From assembly GCA_046563655.1 (NCBI GenBank), contig CM102283.1, positions 2,542,001 through 2,606,000 of the forward strand: a stretch of 64,000 nucleotides of DNA, given 5' to 3'. This document shows positions 46,688 through 60,300 of the stretch, piece by piece. How positions within the stretch are numbered: position 1 is the stretch's first letter; the number at the start of each line of letters is the position of its first letter. The notes below the pieces were generated by a model. That model was not told where the DNA came from. It saw only the letters and a program-made list of their open reading frames with translations, and did no database searches. Position numbers and translations under genes: made by a program. This stretch comes from Yuukianura sp. NJ FZ-2021 (taxonomy: Eukaryota).

Positions 46688-47526
46688 CTTCAAAAGATCA
46701 ACATTTTTGAATTTAGAGTGGTTCAAACATAATTATGATCAAAATTTTGTAGAAAATTTTTGTGAAAATAGAAATTATTTCTATTTTCTAAAAAAAAAAT
46801 TTATTGTTACGCAGAATTGTTTAAAAAGTTATTTCGCCTGACTAAAGTCTAACAATTTAGACTTTTTAACAAACCTCAAACCGCGATAAACTTCTGTTTT
46901 ATAAATCCAATGTTCAAACTTTTTCAGAAAAGCCACCACTTTTGTTCAAGCACGTTCAGAACAAAACTAGATTATGAAAACTGTTCTGTAGTTATGGATA
47001 AAATGTCAAACTTTGTCTCTCAAGTGCCAATCTTTGAATGAATTCGCGGAAGCTGGAAGCACTTCCTTTTCAAAGGCTCAGCATCCTCTCCAGCAGCGTT
47101 TTGACAAAAAAAAAACAGATTTCAACGCGGATTCGCAATATTCGCGCGGATTCTGGCTTTTCGCGAATTCAGACCGCCTGAGAAACTTTCTCCAGTGCAA
47201 ATAGTTTCTTAATTAAACTTTAGTCAGGATCTAACATATTTCTATTAAATTTATTTCGAAAACTTCGTTTTGTTTGTTTGATGTTCTGTTTCTTTTCTTT
47301 TCTAAATTCTCTTTTTTGAAACTTACATTTTTTCGAATTTTTGAGTCTAAAAGGGAAACGCGACAAAGAAAAAATAGCTTCGTTTCACTTATTTTAATTA
47401 GAAAACTTCAGCTTATAAGCCTCTCATGCAGAAATCTTTTAAAATCTTAAATTTTTTGTTTATCTTTGTGTTTTTTGAAACTTTCTTTGTGACTTAAAAT
47501 GAAATACTTTTAGCCGCGCTGTTTCT

Positions 47527-49787
47527 TCACCACCCAACAGGAATCTCTCTGCGTTTATTCGTTTCTTTAAAGTAGTTGAACAAAGGTTGAAAGTAGTTTA
47601 GCATCGCAGAGGCGTCTAACAAAGTTGAATTTCGCGGGTTCTGGTTAAACAAAATTTCAAATGTTTTTGTCGGGGAAAAAAGTGTTGCTGTTCTAAAAAG
47701 CGTCACAAGTCTGTCCCCTACAGCAGTTCGACCAAACAAGTCGCAGTTCTGTAAAGTCGGTTTCAGTTGCTCTCCGGTACGGTTCCGGTTTGCTCCGGTT
47801 TCGTTTCGGATGGACTCCAACGCCACGTTACACAAAGATTCAAAGGTTGCGTACTTCAGTAAAGCATGGATGAGCGGTTGAGTGTTCTGCGCAGCCGTAC
47901 GGAGTAGGTTAGGGTGAACGGCGGGGTCAAAGGTCAAGTTTGACCCCCGTGGTTCCTTGGGTGCCACGCCTTCGTAGAGCAAGCGGAGATCCCAGTAGTG
48001 GTGGGAGTAACTATCAGGTTTGATTTTGTTATGTAGGATATCTGAGCTCCAGTGATAGTAAACGAGACCACGAGTTATGCGCGGGAAAAGTTCAAACAGT
48101 TCGCGGTAGAGGGCGTTCAAAAATGGTGGCAAATGGTCGTTGTAGTCATCTACGACACCGAGTCGGCGCAGGTATGGTTCACTACGCATGGTCAGTAATA
48201 GACCGTCTTCAATTCCAGCTCGGAGTGCTGAGAAAAAAAGAATTCAAAATTTCTAAGTTAACAAATTCAACAATATCTATAAGAAAAAATTCTTTTTGAA
48301 AAAGAGCTCCCGGCGAGGCCCCAACAAGCATATGCAGAATGCTTGTCATAATTCCTAACTTTTTAACATTATTTTTTTTTTAATTTTTGTAATTTTTGAA
48401 AAATGTTTACGCAAATTTCCAAAATGACGCATCAGCAGTGATTCGTTGGCGACAACGGCATTCAGAGACCCCTGGATCAAAAGACGGTTGACATCGTTCA
48501 AACTCCGCTCGTCACTGTCGCCACAAAGCCGAATTCGAAATTCCCGCTTTTCATTTTCAAGTAAAAACAGCTTCGGAGTGCAATTGAACGTCAGCATAGA
48601 AGCAGGTCTACGCAAAATTGATTCTGACCAAAACGCTGCCGGTAAAATTTGAAATCCAAGTGACGACATGAAGTCGTCTGCAAATGTCGCCATTGCCCTC
48701 GGGCTGTAGCGACGTCGTCGTAATTCATGAGTCAGATTTCTGTCGCTGGTGTCTGGATAAGGTTTAGTTGAAGCATAGAGGACGTGACAGGATCCTCGTA
48801 ATTCAGCGGGAGTTTCGAAAATGTGGGCGGGAATTGTTCCGTTTTTTGAAATTCCCTCCAACGGCCAGCGAAATCTCAAGTCACCCCGGAGGTAGGCATG
48901 GAATTCTTTGTATAAAGGTTGTAGCTGAGTCCAAACGTGGGTCAAAGCGCGTGAAAACTCTGACCCCGGGAGGTCAAAGGTCAACTGAATCGAAAGGTCA
49001 TTTGGATTTGGTGCTTTGTTTAAATTTGATTCTTCGGTTAATAGTTTCATGTAGTCTGAATACTGCGTTGGTTTGATCCGAAACCCAATGGAGTTGTAGT
49101 AAGTTGTCCACTCAGACGAGCTCAAAATTTTGGCGCGAAAACACTGCGTTACAAATTTCGGAAGAGGGTATAGAGATGGCGTTCCTGTGCTGTAAAAAAG
49201 AAAGTTTAAAAAAAATTCAAATTGTTCTTTCAAAATTCTCTTGTTTTTGTTTGAAATTTTGGATTTTTTGTTTGAAAAAAGTACCTGCGAATAGCCATTT
49301 TGAAACGTTCTTCTTCCTGAACTTTTTGAATTTCGGTTTCAATTGTTTTCAAAGTCTTCACTTTAACTTTAGACATCAAAAATGTGTTTTCAAATCCCAA
49401 AATTGTTCGAATTTTTTGTCCTAAAGGAGACGTCGCATTGAGTGTTTTCCAAGCCGGTAGTTTTTGACTTACATTTAGTTTCAGTTGATACAAAAATTCG
49501 GCTTGTTCTTGTCGAGTTTGGATTTCTCGGAACTTGATCTCCGCAGCATCTTCGTCACCAGCAAAGTCACCTTGGCTTACAATGGCCAATTGCCTCTTCC
49601 ATGCCGCTTCACTGTCTTTGACGAATTCCATTTTCATTGTTTCTTCTACTGTGTCCAAGTATTCCATGGCTTCTGCTTTTACGAGGTCACGACTCGCTTT
49701 GTCAAAAATTAGTTTTATCACAAACAGTAACAGCGCCACTGAAATCACTGAAAGAGTCACCACCCACAACTTCCATGTACAGGCCAT
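47527..49787 (-). CDS. Angiotensin-converting enzyme (peptidase M2)-like protein, predicted non-catalytic, N-terminal membrane anchor
   Basis: WTQLQPLYKEFHAYLR, GTIPAHI, KPYPD, ADDFMSSLG..LPAAFWSES, FRIRLC, HYWDLRLLYEGV, CDLFG, MLNYFQPL, VGW*; HExxH absent. Confidence 0.85.
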
Positions 49788-50700
49788 TTTTGAAAAAAAA
49801 AACTACCTCTGGAAAACGTTTGTCAAAAATTATACAAAATTTCAAAAAGATCAACACCAACAATTTTACACTTGTAGTTTCAAAAAAAACATGACGTTGG
49901 GGTTTAGAAATGCTGAAAACTTTGATGTTTGCAGTATTTCGAAAAACTGGAAAAACTAAAACCGTGATAGTTGGAAGTGTGCGAAGCTAAAACTCGTAAA
50001 ACTTTGAGATTTCTAGTGTCTCGAAAAACGTATGACTTCCAGTGTTTCAAAACCTGAACTTTTGAATTTAACACCACTTTTTTAAAAATTGAAAACTGAA
50101 AATTTTAAAAATTTTAAATTGAAGAAACTAATAATTTTTTGAATCTTCCATGCTCCACCTCCGATGAGCTCGTAATCGTAAGTGTCACAGTGTGGAGTTG
50201 ATTTACACAACCAAAAGATTTGTTGCAAAATGGGAGTGTGAAGGATGAAGATGACATCAAGACAATTTGAACATTCTTAAAAAATTGCTTCAAGAAGCAG
50301 TTTTAGTAAGAAATGTCTCTCTAAACAAAGTGTTAGTTTACCACAACAAAAACCAATAAAAATTTAGCCAATTTAACTCTCAAGGCTTTTGTACAACTTT
50401 TTTTGATTGAGGAAGCCAAGCCTCATGCCAAACTTACTCCCTGGCACACTCTTGTCTTGTTCCAGAAAAAACTGAAAACACGCGGATTCATAGTGTTTCC
50501 AAATTTTTTGAAACCAGATTCATTTTTGTATTCACAAAGGTTATCCAACATCCATGTTTTTAATCCCACTGAAATATAAACAGAAACGCTCTTGCTTTTG
50601 AAACAGCAGTAGAGAATAAGGAAGATAAATAATAATTTATGACTTCTTATTTTACTTATAGTTACTTTGTAAATCTAAACAAGTCTTCAGCTGGGCCACT

Positions 50701-50792
50701 CGGGTCAAAGGTCAACGACCTCTGGGGTCAAAGGTCATTGACCTCTGGAGTCAAAGGTCAATGGCCTCTGGGGTCAAATGTCAATGACCTCT
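50701..50792. repeat. 23-bp tandem repeat x4 (ggggtcaaaggtcaatgacctct) made of nuclear-receptor-type half sites
   Basis: Four consecutive units; consensus contains DR1 GGGTCAaAGGTCA and IR1 AGGTCAaTGACCT. Confidence 0.85.
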
Positions 50793-50971
50793 ACACAGGC
50801 GGCTCACTACGACACTCAATTTGTCTGATTTAGATCATTTGTCCCTGTAACAAGCTAAGTTTTAGTTTTACAATTTGTAAGAATAGTCTTTCTCTTGCTT
50901 TACTTTAGTTAAGTTTCCATAATTTAACTTTAACTTAAGTTACAAACTAAAAACAATTAATGACTAAATAA

Positions 50972-53187
50972 TTAAAAGTTTTGGACAAGGGAACAGAGAA
51001 TAGTGAGGAGTGCCATTGACACGGCCGTCCAGGAAATGTAAGTGACCAGTCTTGAGATTTTTCTGGTTTCCCATGCACTGCCTAATCCCAGATGAGCCAT
51101 GGCCTCTACCACATGATAGCCATCCAGCCCATAGATTGGCAGCATGTTGACCACGGCCAGTCCAGCTGACAGTCCCGCTGTGAGCAGTAGCACCGTTTCC
51201 AAATGTACTGGCACCTTGGCCAGCAGACTAAAACTAAGCACCTCGGAGAGCCACCAGGACCGTGGAACGTAGTCAGTCGACTGAACGCCATTGCGTAGGT
51301 CCCATACATCTCCGACAAACAAAACGGACTCTTTGACTGCCGCTTGGCGGCGGTGAATTTGAATAATTCGGAAGGAATGATACTGTTCCAGTAGTCTCGC
51401 AACATAACAGTGTGATACATGTAGATCCTCTGCTCCGGTACGACTGGCAGCATCTGATCCCGCATCACCAGCATTTGTATCACTTTGACCTTTGTCCAGG
51501 TCAGACGTCATCTGGAGTGGATTTGGACAAGAGTAGTGCGGGGAGTAGCACTTGTTGGTTGCAGATTCATTGAGCATAATGATTGGTTTGGCCGGGAGGC
51601 AATAAGAAGTGGACGAAGAGTTGTTGGACACGTTAGACTGCAACTCCTGCGCATGAATGTTTGGTGCAGTTCCATTGGCTGACGGAGTTGAACCGAATCC
51701 AGCAGTATCTGACTGATCCAATTTCAGTTGATTGTCATTTCCTTTCGTTAATGTCTGTCCCACGGCCATCATTTGAAGAAAACAGAGATGTGTGGGCGAA
51801 GTGTCCTTGTCAGCTCCACAACAACCTAAAACAAGACACATCAACACCAAAATTTCAAAATTTGCATCAAAATTCAAAATTTCTGTCCAAAAGTGACACT
51901 TTTCAACTGTCACTTCAGCAATTGAGTTGAAAACTGTCACTTTTTACTAAAAATAGGACTAATTTTGGGCTCAACTGTCATGAATTTAGTCAATTAAGCC
52001 TAGTTTTAGTAATTTCGGTTAATTGAATTTACCTGGATTCTCTGATTGATTCAAATACTTCGCCACGGTTTCAGCATCCAAGCAGTACCCAACTGGATCC
52101 GCTTCCCAAATCGATTCTAAGCAAGTTAGCCACGAATCCAAGTCATTGACAGCACAATTTTCCACGCCAAAAATGATATCACCGCGTTCAAGTCCTCCAG
52201 GCCCTGTTACAAAAAAAATTATTTAGACAAGTTATTTCAAAAAACAAAATTTGTCACCAAAAAACTTTTCAAAATTTTGAAATCCTAGTCGCTTACCGCC
52301 AGCTCCAGAACTTGAAATGACTCCAGTCACTGCCACACCGTTTCCACTGGAATGTGTTGGAAACAGTACTGCTGGCAGTATCCAGGGCATCACAAAGTAC
52401 GTAATCAGCGACAAGTAGAAGTTCATCCACACTCCAGCTGTCAGTATATCCAGTTGTTTCCTTAGCGGTGCTTCCCTTAGTTGTGTAGTATTGAGTTCCA
52501 CATGGGCTGCTGGAATGAGCGGACCGAAGAGCGACACTCCCATGGACACAATTGGAATTCGATGTGAAGCTGAGGCCACAGCATGTCCCAATTCATGAAT
52601 CACAACTGAAATTAGAATGGCTACAAGGTAGTAAGGCAAATGACTCAGCGGCAGATTCCATCCAGGTAGAATCGGTTGTACTGCCAAGTATGACGTGGAC
52701 TGTGGTGATGCTGATGCTGCCGAAGACTGGACAACTTCTATGGGCAGTTCAGCATCTGGATACGGCGACAATTCTTCACGGTGGAGCTCTAAGGGCTCTT
52801 CAGTTGTCGGCAGAGAGAGGAAAGACGCCGGTGTCACGGCCAAGGCAACAGTTGCCTAAAACATTCAAAATTCAAAATTTTGAAATTGAAAATTTTCAAA
52901 AGTATTCAAAAACTAAAAAAGTGAAAACTTACGACGGATGGTAGAAGAGTGTAGAAAATAGTACGTAGAAATAGCCACAGTGTAAATGGAAATCCAATAC
53001 AGATGGTTACGTAAGTTCCAAGTCGAAACCAAATTCGAAAATACTTTCGTATCCTATTTGTACTTAGTCCATTAATACATTTGTTAAATTTTTTCGTATC
53101 GAGGCGCAGAATCCAAGATTTTCGCGTCGCGTAGACCACGACGTGAAAAAGAATCGTAAACCCCAACACCGTTTTCCAATCCATCAT
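50972..53187 (-). CDS. MBTPS2: Membrane-bound transcription factor site-2 protease (peptidase M50), 4 exons
   Basis: ILPGWNLPLSHLPYY, VVIHELGHAVA (HExxH), AGVWMN, PDZ-like GLERGDII, NMLPIYGLDG. Confidence 0.93.
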
Positions 53188-54676
53188 TCCTGTTTCAAAA
53201 ATTCCGTTTTCTAAAAACTTCCGTGTCGTCACCAGTTTAGAAATTTTGAAATATGCTTGATTTGATTCATTTCGAAAGTTTTCAAGCTGTTGGTAGCTCC
53301 GTGCTTAAATTTTTTTTGGGAGATCCAGTTCTTTAGCTAAATTCCATTGACTTTTTGAAAATTTTGGATGCTGATGAAGTGAGATCAAAATTCCTTCTGC
53401 TCCAGTTCCTCTTGCCTTCCAGATTGGTTTCTTCTGAGATCAGCCTCGCGTTCAATTCAATCCTGGTGCTGTTAAAAAAAAACAAGTAAAATGTTATCAA
53501 CTTCACACTTCCTCTGGACATACACAAAACAAAAGCAACTTTAGAAAGACGAAGAGGTCGGTCAAGTGTCAAGTCCGAACTGTCGTCAAGTGAAGTTCGT
53601 CAGTTCAATACTTTTTGCCTCACCTTGTTCTTAATTTGTAAACAAAAAGTGAAATGGGCACTAAAAGGCTCATTAACTTCTGTCCTAAATAAGTTTTAAT
53701 TTCTTTTCTCACCTTTTTCAATTCTTGGAAACTGACTTTGTTTTTCCTCTTTCCGATTGCTTTTGAGTAAGTTCGTAAAAATAGCTCAGCAAAAGGTTAT
53801 GCCAAATGGATTTGATTTTCTAAAAGCATTTTCAACACCCAACGAAAGTTGTTTTCATGTTTTGAAATAAATGTCGATGTCCAGAAAATGAATGGAGAAG
53901 TAAATCACGGTGGGGTTATCACTCGTCGAACAAAAAATTACTGGAGACCAAGGATCCAAAACAGCTCAGCTTCTTCTGGAATTGAAAAACAAGAAAAAAT
54001 GAAGATTAGTTAATGCAAGTGGCTTGACTTATTTAGTTAACTGAAGTTAAAAATATTTTTTTTTAAACTTATTCTATTCTAGTGACAATCAATGTCTATT
54101 GAGCACCGAATTGAATAAATGAGCCACAGTTCAACGAATTTTGGCAGTCTCTGACCTTAGGCTTTTAACGGTCTCTATCAAGTTGTGTATACTTCACCAG
54201 CACTAAAGCTGAAAAGCCGGCTACGGAGGAACTTAATTCCAATTGGTTTTAGCAGTTTCAATTAACCAAAAAAACTGGCACACCATGCTTCATGCGTTGT
54301 CGGCTTTTGTGAACCGCACTTTCAGCATGTCGTGAGAGAGTCTGTTCATGTTTTAGGGTTTTTGAATGCGGTTAACCAAAATGGAAAAGACTTTAAGCCT
54401 GACTTTGTATCAGACTTGGGTTCCAGAATACAGATAAATTAGTGCACTCTATGGCACATGATTTCATATTTTAATCAACAATTAAAATAATGTTCAGACT
54501 TATACTACAGTTGATCTTATCCAAGGCTATTAATCGTTGTGGGTACAATAAACAGTAAAATAAGTCATTTTATCAATGCAGATAAAGCAAATTGCACAGA
54601 TGAAAGTGGAAAGAAAATGTCGATGATTGTTAAACCTAACATTGTTAGGTTAACGTTTAAAAATACAACTAAACTA

Positions 54677-54903
54677 TACCGAGTTTTTTCAACCGATGAT
54701 ACTTTTCCCGCCATTTTTAGTTAGAATTTGGCAACAAAGGTTCCTGGTTTCTGGGACTGAATTCGGCCGGTGGTACTAAACCAATTTTAAACCGTAAACC
54801 TTATTTGGCAGTTTAAGTTTGTTCGTTGTGGTTTAAATTCAGTTGCCAAATTCAAATTAGTGAAATGGCGGGAAATCATTCGTGCGTTTGAAACGCCCGG
54901 TAC
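54677..54903. repeat. Degenerate inverted repeat (MITE-like)
   Basis: tttcccgccatttt..gaatttggcaac versus gttgccaaattc..aaatggcgggaaa. Confidence 0.55.
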
Positions 54904-57337
54904 ATGTACATAATTCTATTTTTCAATTTTGAAAGTTTGTAAACCGGAAAAAAGTAGTTTTTTTTTTGGAAATAAGTTGAGGGACAAACGAGTGTTTAGA
55001 CGAGCGTGACTCCGACTCTGCAAAACCTCATGAATTTTGCACGTTTTTGGACCCTGTTTTTGTTCTTTTTATGCTTATTTGCACAGCCTGACATTCACAG
55101 AGACCGTTGAACTCGTACAATAGTAGCCTAGCAAGTAGCAACACCTCTGAACATTTTTCTCATAACTTCGTCTCGTTTTCGGTTAGTTGTTAATTGACTT
55201 TGGAAAAATCGAATTAGTTGAATAATTAAATGTTTTGGAGGTAAACAGATAAACAATAGTCCTAAATACGGAGTAGAAAACTACCATAACTTTTACTTTT
55301 TGTGTCTGTCTGTCCTTGCGTGTTGACGATGATGAGTGCGGTGCCGAGGAAGGAATGAAGGACTTTAGAATTTAAAAACAAAGTTAAGCTGTACTATGAA
55401 AATGGAATTTTCTAACTCTTCCTTCCCATTGTTAAAACTTTTGTGTCAGACTAAAAACCTAACATCACATGCTAGGTTATTATTGGAGCAGCATAAAGCA
55501 GACTACTGTGCATTAGTGGATTGGCAAAAGCTGTGTCCTTGTCGCTGAATAAATAATACAAAAAATACTTCCTTACACTTAACAGCACCTGTCAACTGCT
55601 AGTACAATGCTAAATACTGGCGATTGAAAGCATTTAAACTCCACCGCAGAACCATTGGGAAAAACACATCCTGATGAAGTAATGTGCCTCTCTCTACCAT
55701 CCATGCGTTTATGTTAAGCCGACAATTGCTTTTGGAATTTTTAGGTTAGCTAATTGTGTCTAACTGATCACGACACGAGGCGTTCAATTCCGACTTTTGA
55801 GCATTTCCGACAGTTCAACAGGAACAACGGGAACAATGAATTTCAAATGGCATTAATAAAACCGAAACCGTTTCTTGAGAAATCGTTAACTGATAATTCA
55901 AGATTAATGTAAGACTTAATTGGAAACGAAACCTTGTCTTACCGTTCCATTTTCAAACCGGACGGATACTAATGGAAGACCGAAGATTCGTCGTAATTCG
56001 AGTTATGTAACGATAATGGTGCGTGCTACTGTGTCAATAAGTAGGTATCCAGCACGTGAAATTCAAACAAATCGATGATAGATCTGGTGATTGATATGCT
56101 TTCCAAATGGACTTTTGATTGAAGCTATCCTTTCTTGTATTTAGTCACTGACTGTATCTTCTACGCTGCAAGAAACAGACAAAACTTATTACATATGGCC
56201 GGTAAACGTAACTAAAACGTAGTTTCACGACTGCTCAAACATTCTAGCCTTTCCCAATCGATGTACCTATCCAGGAAAATCTATAAATTCATGGACAACT
56301 AGATTACAACGTAAATTTCAAGTTAAAACACGAAGAATTAAACAAATTTTACCTTCATTGTCCAATGACGAAGGAGAAAAAGTGACATCCGGAGTATCTT
56401 AAATCGTTTAGTTCCATCCCAATCCAATGCGGTGAAAGGACAAGGAGTACTCAGGGTCTGCAACAGCTGAAATATCTAACAAATAGCGAATAATTAATCC
56501 TATATGATCACAATTTACACTTGATTTGACATATACTACGTAAAAACATGTGATGAAACGTAATAACCTTTCTTACCAGTTTCTGCACACGGTTCAAGGA
56601 CGTTTTCTTGTGTAAACAACCTTCCAGGAACCCTGGTTTACCAGATTTTCTTGTTTCTTTGACAGACGAATGAACAGAAGAACGGTATGATTATGGTAAA
56701 TACGGAGAAACAACTTTTTGCACTAAAATCTCTCTGGAATTATTTGCAAAGGCTTATTAGTAGTATGAATATTTTCTTTTTTTGCGGCACCTGTTTCACC
56801 TTGGCGAACAGTCTCGGACAGTGAGTCATTTTTAGGACGCTGCAGATTATAATAAATTCCGTTTCCCTCATTTACCGTGAATAACATTAGATTTCGTTTT
56901 TGGAAAATAACAAAACCGTATTAAAAGCTGCAATTGCAATGATAAATTAGTCATTTCAATTAGACACACTTCAACAATAGTTACTCCCTTCAGTTGATCC
57001 AAAACTGGCGAGTTACACCCCACACGGTCAACAAAAAGATGTTAGTTTAATGAATTTTACTTAGTAACCAATTTGTGTTTTATTAAAATAAGAAGTAATT
57101 TAGTCAGCTACTAATTTATTAAAGTAGTTAAACTTGTTTACTCATATATTTAATTTGATATTGTGATTAGGCGAATCCAAAGTTAAGACTGTATGGGCTA
57201 GACTGTTGTCGGTAATTGTAAAAGTGTCAAAACGCATCCGCACACCTCTATCTTTAAACTCTGCCATAAATGTCAGATTTAATAATTAAATTTTAAATAA
57301 TTAATTTACCAATCGCTATTAAGGTTTTTATTAGATG

Positions 57338-60300
57338 CTAATCTATTCGGTTTTCCCAGGTTAGGTTCGCGAACTCCTGTGACCCCGTTTGAGGCAACTG
57401 ATTTTGGCTCCATGGGCTTCGAGCCCGAAGGGAGCGGCTTTTACAAATAAAAAAAAAAAAAAAAAAATATTCGGTTTTCCCGGCTTTTGCATTTTCCAGT
57501 CCTTCTTTAAGTGCTTTCAAAACGAGATGCACTGGAGCTGGGTTTGCATTCGGACCAAAAATGCCGACACGGATGACTTTACCTAACGTTGGTCCTAGGC
57601 CTGCGCCCAGGTCAAGTTTATATCTGCGCAAGTGCAAAATAGTTAATTTTAATAAATACAGTGAGCGCCAGCTAAAACCATACATCCAGAATTGTTTAAT
57701 TTTGCAACTGTGGAGGGAAAACATGTGAAATTACGCGATTTGCAAAAATTTCGCCATAAGAATGTAACTGAAGTTTCACCATTCTGAGTTACGTTTCCCG
57801 CCATGTTTACCAAATTTTCACCTCGTTTCTACGGAAACAAAATAGGGGTGTATGGTTTTAGCTGGCGCTCACTGTATTATAAACAAACGGATAATAATGA
57901 ATGAGTTACTTTTCCAGAATGGAATGCAGCATTTGCTTTAAATCCTTAACGTATTTCGGTTTGGTCAACGTCACTGTTCCGATGAGTCTCGATTCGGGTT
58001 TGTTTACGAAATAATTTATATCTAATTGCTCAATCCCGTCGTAAAACCGTTTTGACGCAGACGCATGTCTCTCCCAACATTTTTCTAGCGTTTCTTCTAC
58101 GAGTTGCGCAAGCGCTTCACGCAGCGCGTAAAACTGCAAAACGGGCATAGTGTGGAAATAGACTCGAGTGGCATTTGGCTTGGTATCGTCCAATTTCCAC
58201 GGTATTGTTAAATTTCTGGGATCCAGTGTTAATGTCGGAATTAAAGATTTTCGCCTCATAAACTTTTTTCTAAAAATATCAAATTCAAAATATCAAAATC
58301 TCGTATTTCGAAAAAAAAATCCTTTTCAAACGTTGATGAGATTACACAGCTCGTGGACCAAATGTGACTGGCGCAAAACCCGCAACGCATCCCAGTCCTT
58401 TGTGTGAATTTGAATACGCCGCGTCAATTTTCCATTTGTCAACGAAAACCGGCAGAACTCCAAGCGTCGTCACGAAATCAACAATGAGCAAACAGCTTTT
58501 CCCGCCTTTTCTATTTTAGAAACCAACTTTTCAAAATTTGGAATGCCTTACTTTTTTTTCAAAATTTCGTTTACCTTCTACAGTGTGATCCAATTTTTGA
58601 AACGTCCTGGAAGACACCAGTTGACGACTCGCCGTTAACAATATAAACGACGTCAGGCGAATGTTCGTCAATAGCGTTTCGAATTTCGTCATCCGTAAAA
58701 GCAACGCCCATAGGTTTGTAGATATTGATCACTTTTACGCCTGCGCAGAGTTAAAAAAAAGTTGAACTTTTAGTCTTCTGGAGACGCATGTCTACGACAT
58801 GCTGAAGAAGACTATTGATACGACTTTGTCTGTCTGTCCGTCCGTCTGTCACGTTTTTTAGAATCCTTTCCACTGAAACATTAGCCCCATCGCAGTCGGG
58901 GGGTTATCTATAGCTCAAGTTTTTCATTACCTCTACATTGCACTCAAACTCGTACAATAACAACGTAGAAGCAGGCGGCTACTTTACGTACCCGCAGTAT
59001 CGTGGCTCCGCAAAACTGTTTTAGTTTCGATTGCACTCAAAATATTTATAAACAACGGAGTTTTGATCTGGTCATTTTCTGGCAGTATGTTTAATTACGT
59101 TGTTAAATTAACACTGATCAGAGGGTAGAAAATCCGGCTTAAATGTTTAATATGTGAATAGTGCATAACATGGGTCAAATTTGCATTCACAAGAAAGTTT
59201 TGATTTTAAAGAAACGATATTCGACCCCTACCTCAGAACGTACAATTTTGTGCATGATGCAATGGGTCTTTGCATTTACTAGAAATTTTTATTATTTTTG
59301 ATTTTAACAGGCGATATTCGACCCCTCACTCCAGCGTTTATTTTTGTGCACGTTGCACACTTATGACCAATAGGGATACATAAACGTTGAATTGTGCATT
59401 TACATAAACCAATTTTGATTTTTAGGAAACGACATTCGACACCTCCCCCCTAACGTTCAATTTTGTGCACGATGCACACAACTGAAAGTTTTGTGCATGG
59501 TTGAGAACAATTATTGTGCATCAAAATAATTTTGAACAGAGTCAAATCTGAGCCCAATTTGAACAACATTATGAGTTAAGTTAACGCTGTTAATTATAAT
59601 TTATAATGTATTGCCATGGCAACATCGATAACACATTGTGTGTATCTTGCTCAACAAATTAACAGCCTCAATTCAGTGCAGATATTGTGGCCCTCAAAAC
59701 TGAAACATGACTTTGGTGCAACTGTAAAATTGCCAACCCAATTTTGGCGCAGCTCATGCACAAAATAGCACTTCACATCCACACTAAAATATTGAGCGAC
59801 GTTTCAGAGCATCAATTCGATAAAAACGGCCTCTCATTTCTTCGGCCTCTCATACTTTTGAGGCAAGCCGGTTTAAAGTCGCATCAATTGTCAACCACCT
59901 CCAGAAGACCTATGCTCAACCCTTGAGCATTGCCCTACCTTGTTTGGAAATAGTTTTCAAAATTTTAAAAATTTACCGATTCTTCGTGCCATTTCCGAAA
60001 AGCGTTCTCCCCATAAGCCGCTACTTGGAATGAGTACAGTTTCGCCCGGGTAAATCAAATTTTCCAAAACAGTTTGAGCTCCCAAGTGACCAGTTCCAAT
60101 GATTGGCCACGTCCAGGGATTCTTTGTTTGGAAGGCATAACGTAACCCGTCTTTGATTTCATCCATAACCTAACAAAATTATTAATTACGACTTTTTTTA
60201 AATTTTAAGTTTTTAAAATTTTGAAATTTGACCTTCACAACTTTTTCATCGAACAAGGCCATGAGCGGAGACGTGAAGGCGTTGGCTACACGCGGATACA

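Noticed and set aside
50701-50792. CRISPR array
   Set aside because: Contiguous repeats without spacers in a eukaryotic context
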